Shown here: piece after piece, positions 53,213 to 64,000 of the stretch
Position numbering within the stretch: position 1 is the stretch's first letter
How the letters are laid out: the number at the start of each line of letters is the position of its first letter
Source: Eledone cirrhosa
Taxonomy: Eukaryota
Assembly (NCBI GenBank): GCA_964016885.1
Contig: OZ024748.1
Location: 16,058,001 to 16,122,000 of the forward strand
Length of the DNA: 64,000 nucleotides
Reading direction: 5' to 3'
The notes under the pieces: generated by a model
What the model was told of the DNA's origin: nothing
Seen by the model: only the letters and a program-made list of their open reading frames with translations
Databases searched by the model: none
Position numbers and translations under genes: made by a program

Positions 53213-54459
53213 TTAACCCTTTAGCATTTACATCACTCCATATTTACTATTGTATTTTCATGGTAGAGGCTTTACCTCACACAATTATCTCATGTAATAT
53301 CAAATCTATGAGATTTTAATATTATTTATTTTAAGAACAATACCTTAACCCTTTAGCATTTACATTACTCTATATATACTATTATATTTTCATGGTAGAG
53401 GCTTTACCTCACACAATTATCTCATGTAATATCAAATCTATGAGATTTTAATATTATTTATTTTAAGAACAATACCTTAACCCTTTAGCATTTACATTAC
53501 TCTATATATACTATTATATTTTCATGGTAAAGGCTTTACCTCACGTAATTACCTCACACAATATCGAATCTATGAGATTTTGATAGTATTTATTTTGACA
53601 ACAATGCCTTAATTTCAGTTTGAGCAGCCAGTTACAGCCAGTTACAGGCAGTTTGAACAGAAAGAGGTGAGAGAATTCTGGCTGGATATGGCCGGTTTAA
53701 ATGCTAAAGGGTTAAAGTTGGTATGAGTGGCCAGTTAAGGCTGGTTTGAACAGAAAGAGATGAGAGAATTCTGGCTGGATATGGCCGGTTTAAATGCTAA
53801 AGGGTTAAAGTTGGTATGAGTGGCCAGTTAAGGCTGGTTTGAACAGAAAGAGATGAGAGAATTCTGGCTGGATATGGCCGGTTTAAATGCTAAAGGGTTA
53901 AAGTTGGTATGAGTGGTCAGTTAAGGCTGGTTTGAACAGAAAGAGATGAGAGAATTCTGGCTGGATATGGCCGGTTTAAATGCTAAAGGGTTAAAGTTGG
54001 TATGAGTGGCCAGTTAAGGCTGGTTTGAACAGAAAGAGATGAGAGAATTCTGGCTGGATATGGCCGGTTTAAATGCTAAAGGGTTAAAGTTGGTATGAGT
54101 GGCCAGTTAAGGCTGGTTTGAACAGAAAGAGATGAGAGAATTCTGGCTGGATATGGCCGGTTTAAATGCTAAAGGGTTAAAGTTGGTATGAGTGGCCAGT
54201 TAAGGCTGGTTTGAACAGAAAGAGATGAGAGAATTCTGGCTGGATATGGCCGGTTTAAATGCTAAATGGTTAAAGTTGGTATGAGTGGTCAGTTAAGGCT
54301 GGTTTGAACAGAAAGAGATGCGAGAATTCTGGCTGGATATGGCCGGTTTAAATGCTAAAGGGTTAAAGTTGGTATGAGTGGCCAGTTAAGGCTGGTTTGA
54401 ACAGAAAGAGATGAGAGAATTCTGGCTGGATATGGCCAGTTTAAATGCTAAATGATTAA
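53213..54459. mobile_element. piggyBac-type MITE with tandemly amplified ends (3 left ends at 132 bp, 9 right ends at 93 bp)
   Basis: TTAAccctttagcatt at 53213, 53345 and 53477; aatgctaaagggTTAA every 93 bp from 53712 to 54456. Confidence 0.88.
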
Positions 54460-54805
54460 ATACATACATTGCTTGCAATGTAGGATCTACCACATTTGTT
54501 CCATATTATTTGGCACACCTTGTAAGGTGTAGAGTAAGTGTTTGAGAATTCCTAAAAAAAACCATGAGATTTTGTATTCTGGAGACAATTGGTCTAACTT
54601 TTAGTTTAGGCCATTATACTAGTCTATTTTATGTATTGAGTAACTATTTATGCATCTGTAAACACTAACATTCATCAATTCAGATATCTATAAACATACA
54701 CACATACACACATATATATAAACATATTCATATATGTTTATATATATATGTGTGTGTGAGTATCATGTTTATATATATATTTACATATACAAACATATCC
54801 ATATA

Positions 54806-54848
<43 letters not shown>

Positions 54849-54928
54849 GTATGTATGTGTAAGTGTGTATTATGTATATATATATATAAATCATATATAT
54901 TTATATATATGTGTGTGTAGATGTGTAT

Positions 54929-54977
<49 letters not shown>

Positions 54978-55729
54978 GATAAACCCTGCAAAAAAAGGCA
55001 AGCAACAACTGACTACTATTTATCAGACAAGAGTATGAGATAACTACATATATTCATCTTTATTTCTTACACTAGCTTGAGGATGCAATAAAATAGAAAC
55101 TAAATAATGTATCTCTACTTAATTTCTGAAAGAGAACCATCTAAAATGGAGCCAAAATTCTCCCACTGGTATGATTCCTATCAAGATTTGAAAGAGCAAT
55201 TGCTTATTATAGTAAGTAACATTTTAGTTTTTATGAAAAATTGATAAACCTTTCATAAGTACGCAGTAGTCTTGATAACTACAATATTGCAGCTATGATA
55301 GAGGCAATTTCTGGTTTCCAATGTTACAATTTGTCTTTTACATTGTTTTCTGTTCTATGTGTAGGTGGGTGTAAGGAAACCAGTCCTTTGTATAGTATTC
55401 AGTTACTATTGTACTAAAATGGTGTCGCCTGAAATTTTGTATTAAATATTTCTATGGTTTCTTCTAAATTGTTTTTTTTTTACAGGTATAGACATGACTA
55501 TGTGCTTAACACATTCAATACCAAACTGCTCAAAATTATCCCTAGTTCTACGATATAACCAGGAATCGTTTGTTTGAATGAGTTGATGTTTAATTTAATC
55601 TTTTCTATCATTTGTTATTGCATGTTCCAAACACCAATATATACGCGAGTGGACTGACACACTGACGGACACGATTTGACTTTTATTTATATAGATATAT
55701 TATAGAGTAATCAATAGTATTTAAAACTA

Positions 55730-56440
55730 CACAGTGGTGTTATGAGGTAAATATATATATATATATATATATATCATACAAGAATATATAGCAGTTAGAA
55801 GTACTGTGTGGTGTTGTTAATTAAATATATATATATATTATACAACAATTTATAGCAGTTAGAACTACTGTGTGATGTTGTTAATTAAATATATATATAT
55901 TATACAACAATTTATAGCAGTTAGAATCACTGTGTGGTGTTGTGAGGTAAATATATATATCATACAACAATATATAGCAGTTAGAATCACTGTGTGGTGT
56001 TGTGAGGTAAATATATATATCATACAACAATATATAGCAGTTAGAATCACTGTGTGGTGTTGTGAGGTAAATATATATATCATACAACAATATATAGCAG
56101 TTAGAATCACTGTGTGGTGTTGTGAGGTAAATATATATATCATACAACAATATATAGCAGTTAGAATCACTGTGTGGTGTTGTGAGGTAAATATATATAT
56201 CATACAACAATATATAGCAGTTAGAACTACTGTGTGATGTTGTTAATTAAATATATATATATTATACAACAATTTATAGCAGTTAGAATCACTGTGTGGT
56301 GTTGTGAGGTAAATATATATATCATACAACAATATATAGCAGTTAGAACTACACAGCAGTGTTGTTAGTTAAATATATATATTATACAACAGTATATAGC
56401 AGTTAGAAGCACTCAGTGATTTTGCTAGATAAATATATAT
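55730..56440. repeat. 60 bp tandem repeat, about 11 copies
   Basis: Lines 55921-56220 are identical 60-mers; the edges are degenerate. Confidence 0.96.
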
Positions 56441-56699
56441 ATTTACTAAAAGATTTGTTCAGATCAGATTACAGAATCGATAATAATACTGGTTATTCTA
56501 GTTTATAGCTACAGTTTTACTTAGTATTTTAGTTTTTCTTACTATTTAGACATAGTAGTCGTCAGAAGCCAAATACATGTGTATTAAAATAAAAGTCAGA
56601 CATACTGTGATATATGTGTGTTGTGTGTTGGACCTCTGTTAGGTCTGATCTGACAAAGAATGTTCCAGTTGTTTGATCAACAGAAGAGACTTGCTTGTC

Positions 56700-57163
56700 A
56701 AATTTATGTGCAAGTAGCTGTATGATGTTTATGTATGGTAGTGAAACATGGGCAGTACTGCAGAAGACATGCATAGGCTGGAGAGAAATGAAGCAACCAT
56801 GCTTCATTGGATGTGCAAGTAAATGTGAGAGAAAGGCAAAGCTTGGATGAACTGAGAGTGAAGCTGGGTTTAAGAGGAATCCGAAGTGGAGTGCAAGAGA
56901 GAAGATTGCGTTGGTACGGACATGTGATGTGCATGGATGATAGTTATTGGGTGAAGAAGTACCAGGAAATGCCAGTAGAAGGAAGTTACAGTAGAGGTAG
57001 ACCAAGAAAGACCTGGGCAGAAGTGGTGAGAGCTGATCTCAAATCACTGAGACACCCAGAGGAGATGATGAAAGAGACACGGCAAGTGGAGAGATGCTAT
57101 ACTGAAAAGGACGCGTCCAACATGCATGCAAGCCTGGAGAAAAACAGACGTAATGATGATGAA
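56700..57163 (+). pseudogene. RTE LINE 3' fragment
   Basis: [27 protein letters not shown]; homologous to 46070-46500. Confidence 0.88.
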
Positions 57164-57342
57164 GGCTGAACATTTTACAGACATATGTGTAGTCTTAATG
57201 TACTTCTCCGGAAGATTTAGTGTGACACAGGGTGTGACAGACAACATTGGTCTTTTGAATTATATAGGTGTGGTTGGATATCTGTAGGTTCCGAAGGCAA
57301 GTGTTCTAGTTGGCTGTTCAACAGAACAAACAGCCTTTGCAG

Positions 57343-57522
57343 GAAATGACTGTATTTCCTAGCCAGGAAGAAGCATCATAAAAATGAGTGTATTTCCTTG
57401 CCAGGATGATGTATTATGTAAATGACTATTTCCTCGCCAGAAAGATAGATCATGAACATGTATTTCCTGGCTGGGAAAATGTGTTATGAAAATGACTATT
57501 TCCTAGCCAGGAAGATGTATCC
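57343..57522. repeat. Degenerate approximately 36-40 bp minisatellite
   Basis: Recurrent aaatgactgtatttcctagccagga. Confidence 0.75.
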
Positions 57523-58479
57523 TTCTCCCAAATAAGAATGGAAAATGTTATCTGTGTCTTGGAGGTTGAGGGTTACATTAGTCATTTCATTTTAAACATT
57601 CTTTTCAAAGTTTATCAACTCAGAATACTGAGGGAGGGGGAGGGGGGGGGGGGGTATCTATGATGTTGGAGTGTCTTTGACACTAAGAAATGCTGTAACT
57701 AGCAAGTGACTGAGCATTCAACAGAAATGTGTAACCTTAGGGAGATTCAGCATGATAAAATGTGTGATAAAATTGGCCATTTGAAATATAGCTACAACTC
57801 ATTTATTCCGGTTGAGTGGACTGGAGCAATGTGAAATAAAGTGCCTTGCTTAAGGATACAATGCACTGTCAAGATTATAACTGTGGGCTAAACAAAGAAA
57901 ATATATTGAGACAAAAAAATATTTACAATATTTCCAAAGAGACTAAAATCAAATTATTTTTGTGTGTTCACACAAGGAAAAAAAATATATATATATATAA
58001 TATATATATTGTCATCATCATCATCATCACCATTTAATGTCCATTTTTCCCTGCTAGCATGGGTTAGATATATCTCTATATATAGTATATGTAACTGTAT
58101 TGTGGTATATATGATAACGTAGTTGTCTATATATATATGGTGTTAGGAAGGGCATCCAGCCATAGAAAATCTGCCAGACAGTCTTATACGAGTGAGACAT
58201 GGTCACCCAACCAATCTTGCCTCAAGTAAGACAATTCCCATCTAAATCCATGCTAGAGTGGAAGATAGACATTAAACGATGATGATGATGATGATATATA
58301 TATCCAGAGTCTTCCGATACTCACAGATGAGACACTAGATTAACTAGAATAATTGAAGAGAATTATTCTAGAAGGTAACAGAGAAAGAGAGCGAGACTGT
58401 GAGCTGTATAGTCAAACAAGTGAAAATATCTAATTTAATAGAAAAGCTAGCTGCAACTTCAAACACAACAAAACCAGTT

Positions 58480-58660
58480 CTACACACTATAGACATATAG
58501 TTCTAAGCACTATAAACATATAGTCCAACATATTACAGACATGTAATTTAACACAAATAGACATATAGTTTTACACACTATAGACATATAATCCCACACA
58601 TTATAGACATATAATCCTACACAATATAGACATATAAGTCTACACATTATAGACATAAAC
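58480..58660. repeat. Approximately 23 bp minisatellite
   Basis: Recurrent acacactatagacatata. Confidence 0.8.
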
Positions 58661-59413
58661 TTAAACAATCAACATACACAACAGAAATAAAACCTAACCA
58701 TCAATAAAACTATATAAATACAAGAAGAAGAAGAAAAACAACAAATGAACAAATGAATAAAAAGCAAAAAGCAAAAATGGAAAATAAAATGAAGGGAAGT
58801 AGGAAACGTTTGTTTGTAAACTGCCATACTAACTTCACATGCTCAGTAAATCAGGACAGAAAAGTCTGCAATCTCAACTGTAACGATGGACACACATCAT
58901 CGCACTCAACAATAGCAACATCAAATAATATGCTCTCTATCTGTATAAAAATAAATAACAAGAAAATACCCTTAATAAACATGTTTCTGAAATCCTGCAT
59001 TCAAAACCTATGATTGGAAAAATGCCAATATCATGGCCTTACCATATTGGATAAAAAAAAAGAAGAAAACACAAAAGAAAACAAACAAAAAAAAGTAAAG
59101 AAAATATGGCCTTCAATGTCATACAAATCAAAAATCAAAAAACAAAAAAATTTACAAAAATATGAAACACGAGACATATTCTGCATGCCTTGGACCAGAA
59201 AACTTACAAATATTATTATAAAATATTAACAGACAAATAATAAATATAAAATGAAACAGGTACAGACATGGTTGTGTGGTTAAGAAGGTTGCTTCACAAG
59301 CCGAGGCTTTTGGGTTCAGTCATGTTGTGCAACTTCTTATGTTAAAGCCCCAGGCTGACCAATGCATTGTGATTAGAATTTGGGAGACAGAAGATAAATA
59401 TATACATATATAT

Positions 59414-59757
59414 GGAGGCACATGGCTTAGTGGTTAGAGCATTGGCCTAGCAATTGAAAGGTTGTGAGTTCAATTCTCAGACTGGGTGATGTGTTGTTTC
59501 CTTGAGCAAGACACTTTATTTCACATTGCTCCAGTTTACTCAGCTGTAGAAATGAGATGATAGGGACTGGGGTCCCTATCATTCCACTGTAAAGTGGACG
59601 TGTAGGTGCCACGGCAAAAAAGCACCCAGCACTGACTGTAAATGAGGTTGGTGTTAGGAAGTGCATCCAGCTGTAGAAATCAAGCCAGAATCAGTTCCCG
59701 TCCCACCCTTGCAAGCAGGGAAAAGTGGACGTAAAATTAAATGATGGTGATGATGAT
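59414..59757 (+). mobile_element. Family B SINE, full length
   Basis: tRNA-like head with A and B boxes, core and RTE tail. Confidence 0.87.
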
Positions 59758-59759
59758 AT

Positions 59760-59955
59760 ATAGGAAAAAGTATGACCCCGACGGCAGAGCTCAAGCCATT
59801 TCGACGGCTATTTCTGGACTCAGAAATACCCGTCGAAACGGCTTGAGCTCTGCCGTCGGGGTCATACTTTTTCCTATTTCCCACTCTGCTACCCTAAGTA
59901 TTGAGTACTCTGGTGCGTTATGGTCCATCTGGTTCCTTACCACAATTCCTTTGTT
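59760..59955 (+). mobile_element. Near-perfect 57 bp-arm palindrome containing a hammerhead 3' half, plus family tail
   Basis: Arms 59760-59816 and 59821-59877 with 2 mismatches, loop gact; GAAACGGC-uugagcucu-GCCGUC. Confidence 0.7.
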
Positions 59956-60002
59956 ATATATATATATATACATATATATATTTATGTATATATACATATA
60001 TA

Positions 60003-60510
60003 TGTAAAGTGGCCATGTAAGAGTCACGATAAATAGCACCCAGCCCACATTGTAAAGTGGTTGTGTAGCTCTCACAATAAAAAGCCCCCTGCCCATCCTG
60101 TAAAATGGTCGTGTAGGTGTCATGATAAAAGCGCCCAGCCCACACTGTAAAATGGTTTTGTAGGTGTCACAACAAAAATCACTATGCCGAACCTGTAAAA
60201 TGGTCATGTAGGTGTCACAATAAAAAGGAGCGAGCCCACACTGTAAAGTGATTGAGTATGTGTCAGAAGAAAAAGCAGCCAGCCCAAACTGTAAAGTGGT
60301 TGTGTTGGTGTTACAACGAAAAGCACCCAGTACACATTGCAAATGTGATTGGCATTAGGAAGTGCATCCAGCCATAGAAACCAAGTCAGAATCAGTTCTG
60401 TATGAGCAAGACACGGTCATCTGATCTGGATTGTCTCACAGCAGGAAAACTCGTCTAACCCGTGCTAGCATGGATAAAAATGGATGTAAAACGGTGATGA
60501 TGATGATGGT
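60003..60510 (+). mobile_element. RTE 3' UTR with an expanded internal approximately 45-50 bp repeat
   Basis: About 7 copies of cagcccacactgtaaagtggtcgtgtaggtgtcac before the tail. Confidence 0.78.
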
Positions 60511-60519
60511 AATAATAAA

Positions 60520-60688
60520 TGTTTCTACTTTTGGCACAAGGCCAGCAATTAACCAGTGCATTACTGGTACTTTATTTTATCGACCTCGTAACGATGAAAG
60601 ACAAAGTTAACCGTGACGGTATTTGACTCAGACTGTAAAGGGACGTAACTATGCTGGAAAGCATGGTGTCCGACCCACTGCCAATTCA
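60520..60688 (-). mobile_element. Family A SINE
   Basis: Consensus match. Confidence 0.8.
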
Positions 60689-61399
60689 ATAATAATGATG
60701 ATCATGATGCTGATGATGCTGATGATGGTTCTTGTGCTGGTGACAGCGGTGGTGATGGTGTTGATTGTGATGATGATGATACTGTCACAATTGTAGCAAT
60801 GTATTCCTCATTTTGTAGCAAAAAACAAGAACATATTGATAACAATGAAAAAAACAACACTAAAGTTACTTTAAAAGACTTCCCTGGAGTTGAATAACCA
60901 GAGGAGGAATAAACAGGCATTTTTGCCAGGAATTTCAGTCAAAGAATTCCAAACATCGTTTTTGGTGATTTGATAAAACTAAAAATAAAAAAATAAAAAC
61001 AATAACCGATTTGAAATCTTCATAAATTTCCGTTTGTTAAGGCTTTCATTACCTCCCTCATCTTGTGTCTGTCGTTCCATACTTGCATGGGATGGATGCA
61101 GAATTGGATTTAGACGTTAGGTTTTGTGGGGCCCAGGATACTTTAGATTTTGGGGCCCCTCATACACAAAAAAATTAGAATACATAGCAAACCCCCGCCT
61201 CATTTTACATATCAAAGTTAGCTTGGTACAAGTACTTGGAATTGTAAAGTTATATATACAGGTATTAAATTAAAAAAATTCTTAACAAACTAAAACTAAA
61301 AAGTCCAGCTGAGGGCACAAATAAATTGCTATGGCAGTGTTGCTGGTTGGAGCCTATACTGCAGGGGACCCGGGACAATTGGTACCTTTGCTCCCCATT

Positions 61400-61434
61400 A
61401 AGAAGAAGAAGAAAAAGAAGAAAAAAGGAGACAA

Positions 61435-61526
<92 letters not shown>

Positions 61527-61574
61527 AGAAGAAGAAAAAAGAAAGAAGAAGAAGAAGAAGAAGAAGAAGAAGAA

Positions 61575-61605
<31 letters not shown>

Positions 61606-61630
61606 AAGAAGAAGAAGAAGAAGAAGAAAA
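61400..61630. repeat. (GAAA)n/(GAA)n polypurine tract
   Basis: Directly visible. Confidence 0.97.
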
Positions 61631-62215
61631 GTATGTCTGTAAATATATACTGACATGTATGTATACATTTGTATAATCCATCTGACATGTATGAGATGGA
61701 TTTCACAAATTTGAATGTTTGCCAGTTATTGCAGTAATTATACAATATATATCCAGAACAATTAATTCCATTGAACCATGACTTGAATGTTGACCCCTTT
61801 TAGGTCATAAGTGTGAACTGAGTTATGTATATTGTGCGAGAGAGAGAGTGTGGATGAGATACAGATATAAAGACAGAGAGAGAGAGCATGGAAGGGAGAT
61901 AGAGAGAGAAAGCGAGAGAGAGACTGAGGAAGAGAATTTTAAGTTTATTTGTATGAGGCTAATCATTCATCTTATAAGCATAAAGATCATTGTATAAATA
62001 TGTATGTATGCCTGACAAATATTTTATTTATACACATGCATGACATGTATGTATATATATATAGAGAGATTTTGAGTTTATGTTGGTTGTATACCAACAC
62101 CTCAGTATGCAGGCTGGAGCACTCGACGAAGTGCGCAGGTTGGTTTGGTTACTCCGGAGTAGTGTAAAATAAAGTTAAATAAAAGTCAAATGATTAAAAT
62201 TTAGCTTCGTTTATT

Positions 62216-62270
62216 ACTGCTATATATATTTCAGTGACAGCCATCTTTGGCTGTGACCTCTTCAGGCAGT
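62216..62270 (-). ncRNA. Type I minimal hammerhead ribozyme
   Basis: Minus strand reads acugc CUGAAGA ggucacagcc-aaagau-ggcugucacu GAAA uauaua UA gcagu; 5 bp stem I, stem II with 9 of 10 pairs, palindromic loop III. Confidence 0.8.
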
Positions 62271-62381
62271 TTGAATTAGTATGGTATAGACAAGTACATA
62301 TGTTGTTTAGGTGTATGATATTGTCAATACTCTGATATGCCCAGTTCCTTGTTGGGTTGTTAATTCACTGGGGAACTGGAG

Positions 62382-62429
<48 letters not shown>

Positions 62430-62991
62430 GAATTTAAACACGCACACACACACATATATGTATATATATATATATATATATATACGTATTTACACACCAA
62501 CACATATATATATATATTCATATATATATATAGTATAAAATAATTCGTTTTCAAATAAGAAAACAGATAATTGTAGGTGAAGAAGTTATAAAGGTAAAAA
62601 ATACGAGATTTATTAAAATAAAACGTACACAAGGCTACATACAAGTTTATAGGAAGGTATGAAATCATAATATAAACGATTATGAATTCACGTAGAGCAA
62701 GAAATACTTTGAAAAATAAAACACTACTAACTATATCATATTTTAATTTACACATGTTTCATTCTTAATATTAAGAGCTTAATATGAGGCTTCCTCAGAA
62801 TACAATATAATTACCTTAACCACAACATTTCGTTCAAAAATATATCATACCAGAGCAATTTTGTTTACATTTAAAAAAATGCAGCATCATACTCGGAAAT
62901 AGTACTTATCATATGTATAATTATTCACATGGGCACTCAAACGAATAGGCATTCATTGCATGCCTATATATCTATATATTTACATATACAT

Positions 62992-63028
<37 letters not shown>

Positions 63029-63171
63029 CATATACATGTACATATCTATTTATATACACAGAGAGATATATATATTTGCATTTACAGATACATATATATA
63101 TATATATATATATACATACACATCTATCTACCTAACTGTCTCTCTCTCACTCTCTCATATATATATATATA

Positions 63172-63540
63172 TAATGACCTATAGTGACTTCTGGCGTCAT
63201 GCAGTAATACAGAGTACCCGACCTCCCATGGGTACAAGCTGAAGCATATAGACAATATGCCCCCACACCCCCCACCGCAAGGTGGTCGTGGAGGTGCCAC
63301 GGCAAAAAGCACCCAGCCCACACTGTAAAGTGGACGTGTAGGCGCCATGAAAAAGCACCCAGCACTCACTGTAAATGAGGTTGGTGTTAGGAAGGGCATC
63401 CAGCTGTAGAAATCAAGCCAGATCAGTTCCTGTATGAGCAAGGCATGGTCAGCCGACCAGACACTGCCCACAACAGGACAACCCGTCTAACCCATGCTAG
63501 AGTGGAAGAACGGACGTAAAACGGTGATGATGATGATGAA
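63172..63540 (+). mobile_element. RTE LINE 3' end
   Basis: [14 protein letters not shown] then UTR; close relative of 11633-12020. Confidence 0.83.
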
Positions 63541-63774
63541 TGAGAGTTTGGCATCCAGCCATAGAAAGCTTACCACCCCCACACACATACCCATCCCATT
63601 CAAAAACCACCCATCTACTTATCTCCTGCCCCACTCACCTGGTCTTCCCTATTCTGTATTTCTGTCACTGAACATATAGTCTGGTCTTATGAACCTGTCA
63701 GTACACATGAAATTCCGAAGTAACAAGATGCATCACTAAGCCTTATAAAGAGTGTATATATATATATATATTTA

Positions 63775-64000
63775 TATCATCGTCATCATCATTATCGTTC
63801 AATGTCCATCTTCCACGTTAGCATGGGTTAGACGGTTTTGTTCCATTTTATGCAGGAATGGTCGGGAGACCATGTCTCACTCACACAGAAGCGTCTCTGG
63901 CAAGTTTTTACAGCTGGATGCCCTTCCTAATACCAACCACATTTACAGTATGGACTGGGAACGTTTTCCCTGTGTCTCCTACACAACCACCTTACAGTGT
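63775..64000 (-). mobile_element. RTE-type 3' UTR fragment
   Basis: catcatcat tail and ctggatgcccttcctaa motif. Confidence 0.75.

Noticed and set aside
56521-56570. CUGACGA-hairpin-GAAA on the minus strand
   Set aside because: Stem II forms but stems I and III do not. Similar partial hits at 4955-4990, 7310-7355, 10980-11012, 15595-15620 and 16218-16250 were also too incomplete to call.
59414-59485. tRNA gene-like sequences at SINE heads
   Set aside because: A and B boxes are present but run into SINE bodies without a complete cloverleaf.

Overview
AT-rich, repeat-saturated eukaryotic non-coding DNA with no host exon I can support. It reads as animal intergenic or intronic sequence. The SINE/LINE repertoire and very long (TA)n and trinucleotide tracts resemble a coleoid cephalopod such as Octopus (inference from recognition, not a database result). 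Almost all ORF-track entries are microsatellite artefacts. The real coding traces are retrotransposon fragments: RTE-clade endonuclease and RT pieces, an uninterrupted CR1-group RT 3' half, and Tx1-like 3' ends. There are two tRNA-derived SINE families, hAT, piggyBac and Tc1/pogo-type MITEs (two with internal tandem amplification), and several minisatellites. The most notable signal is a set of sequence-unrelated type I hammerhead ribozyme motifs (11.4, 32.2, 35.1, 35.4 and 62.2 kb) plus fold-back half-hammerhead palindromes (12.7, 59.8 kb; fragment at 52.4 kb). They sit in short elements, mostly next to (TA)n tracts, as expected for non-autonomous Penelope-like element or retrozyme relics. 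Fold-back palindromes also recur in the LINE and SINE copies.
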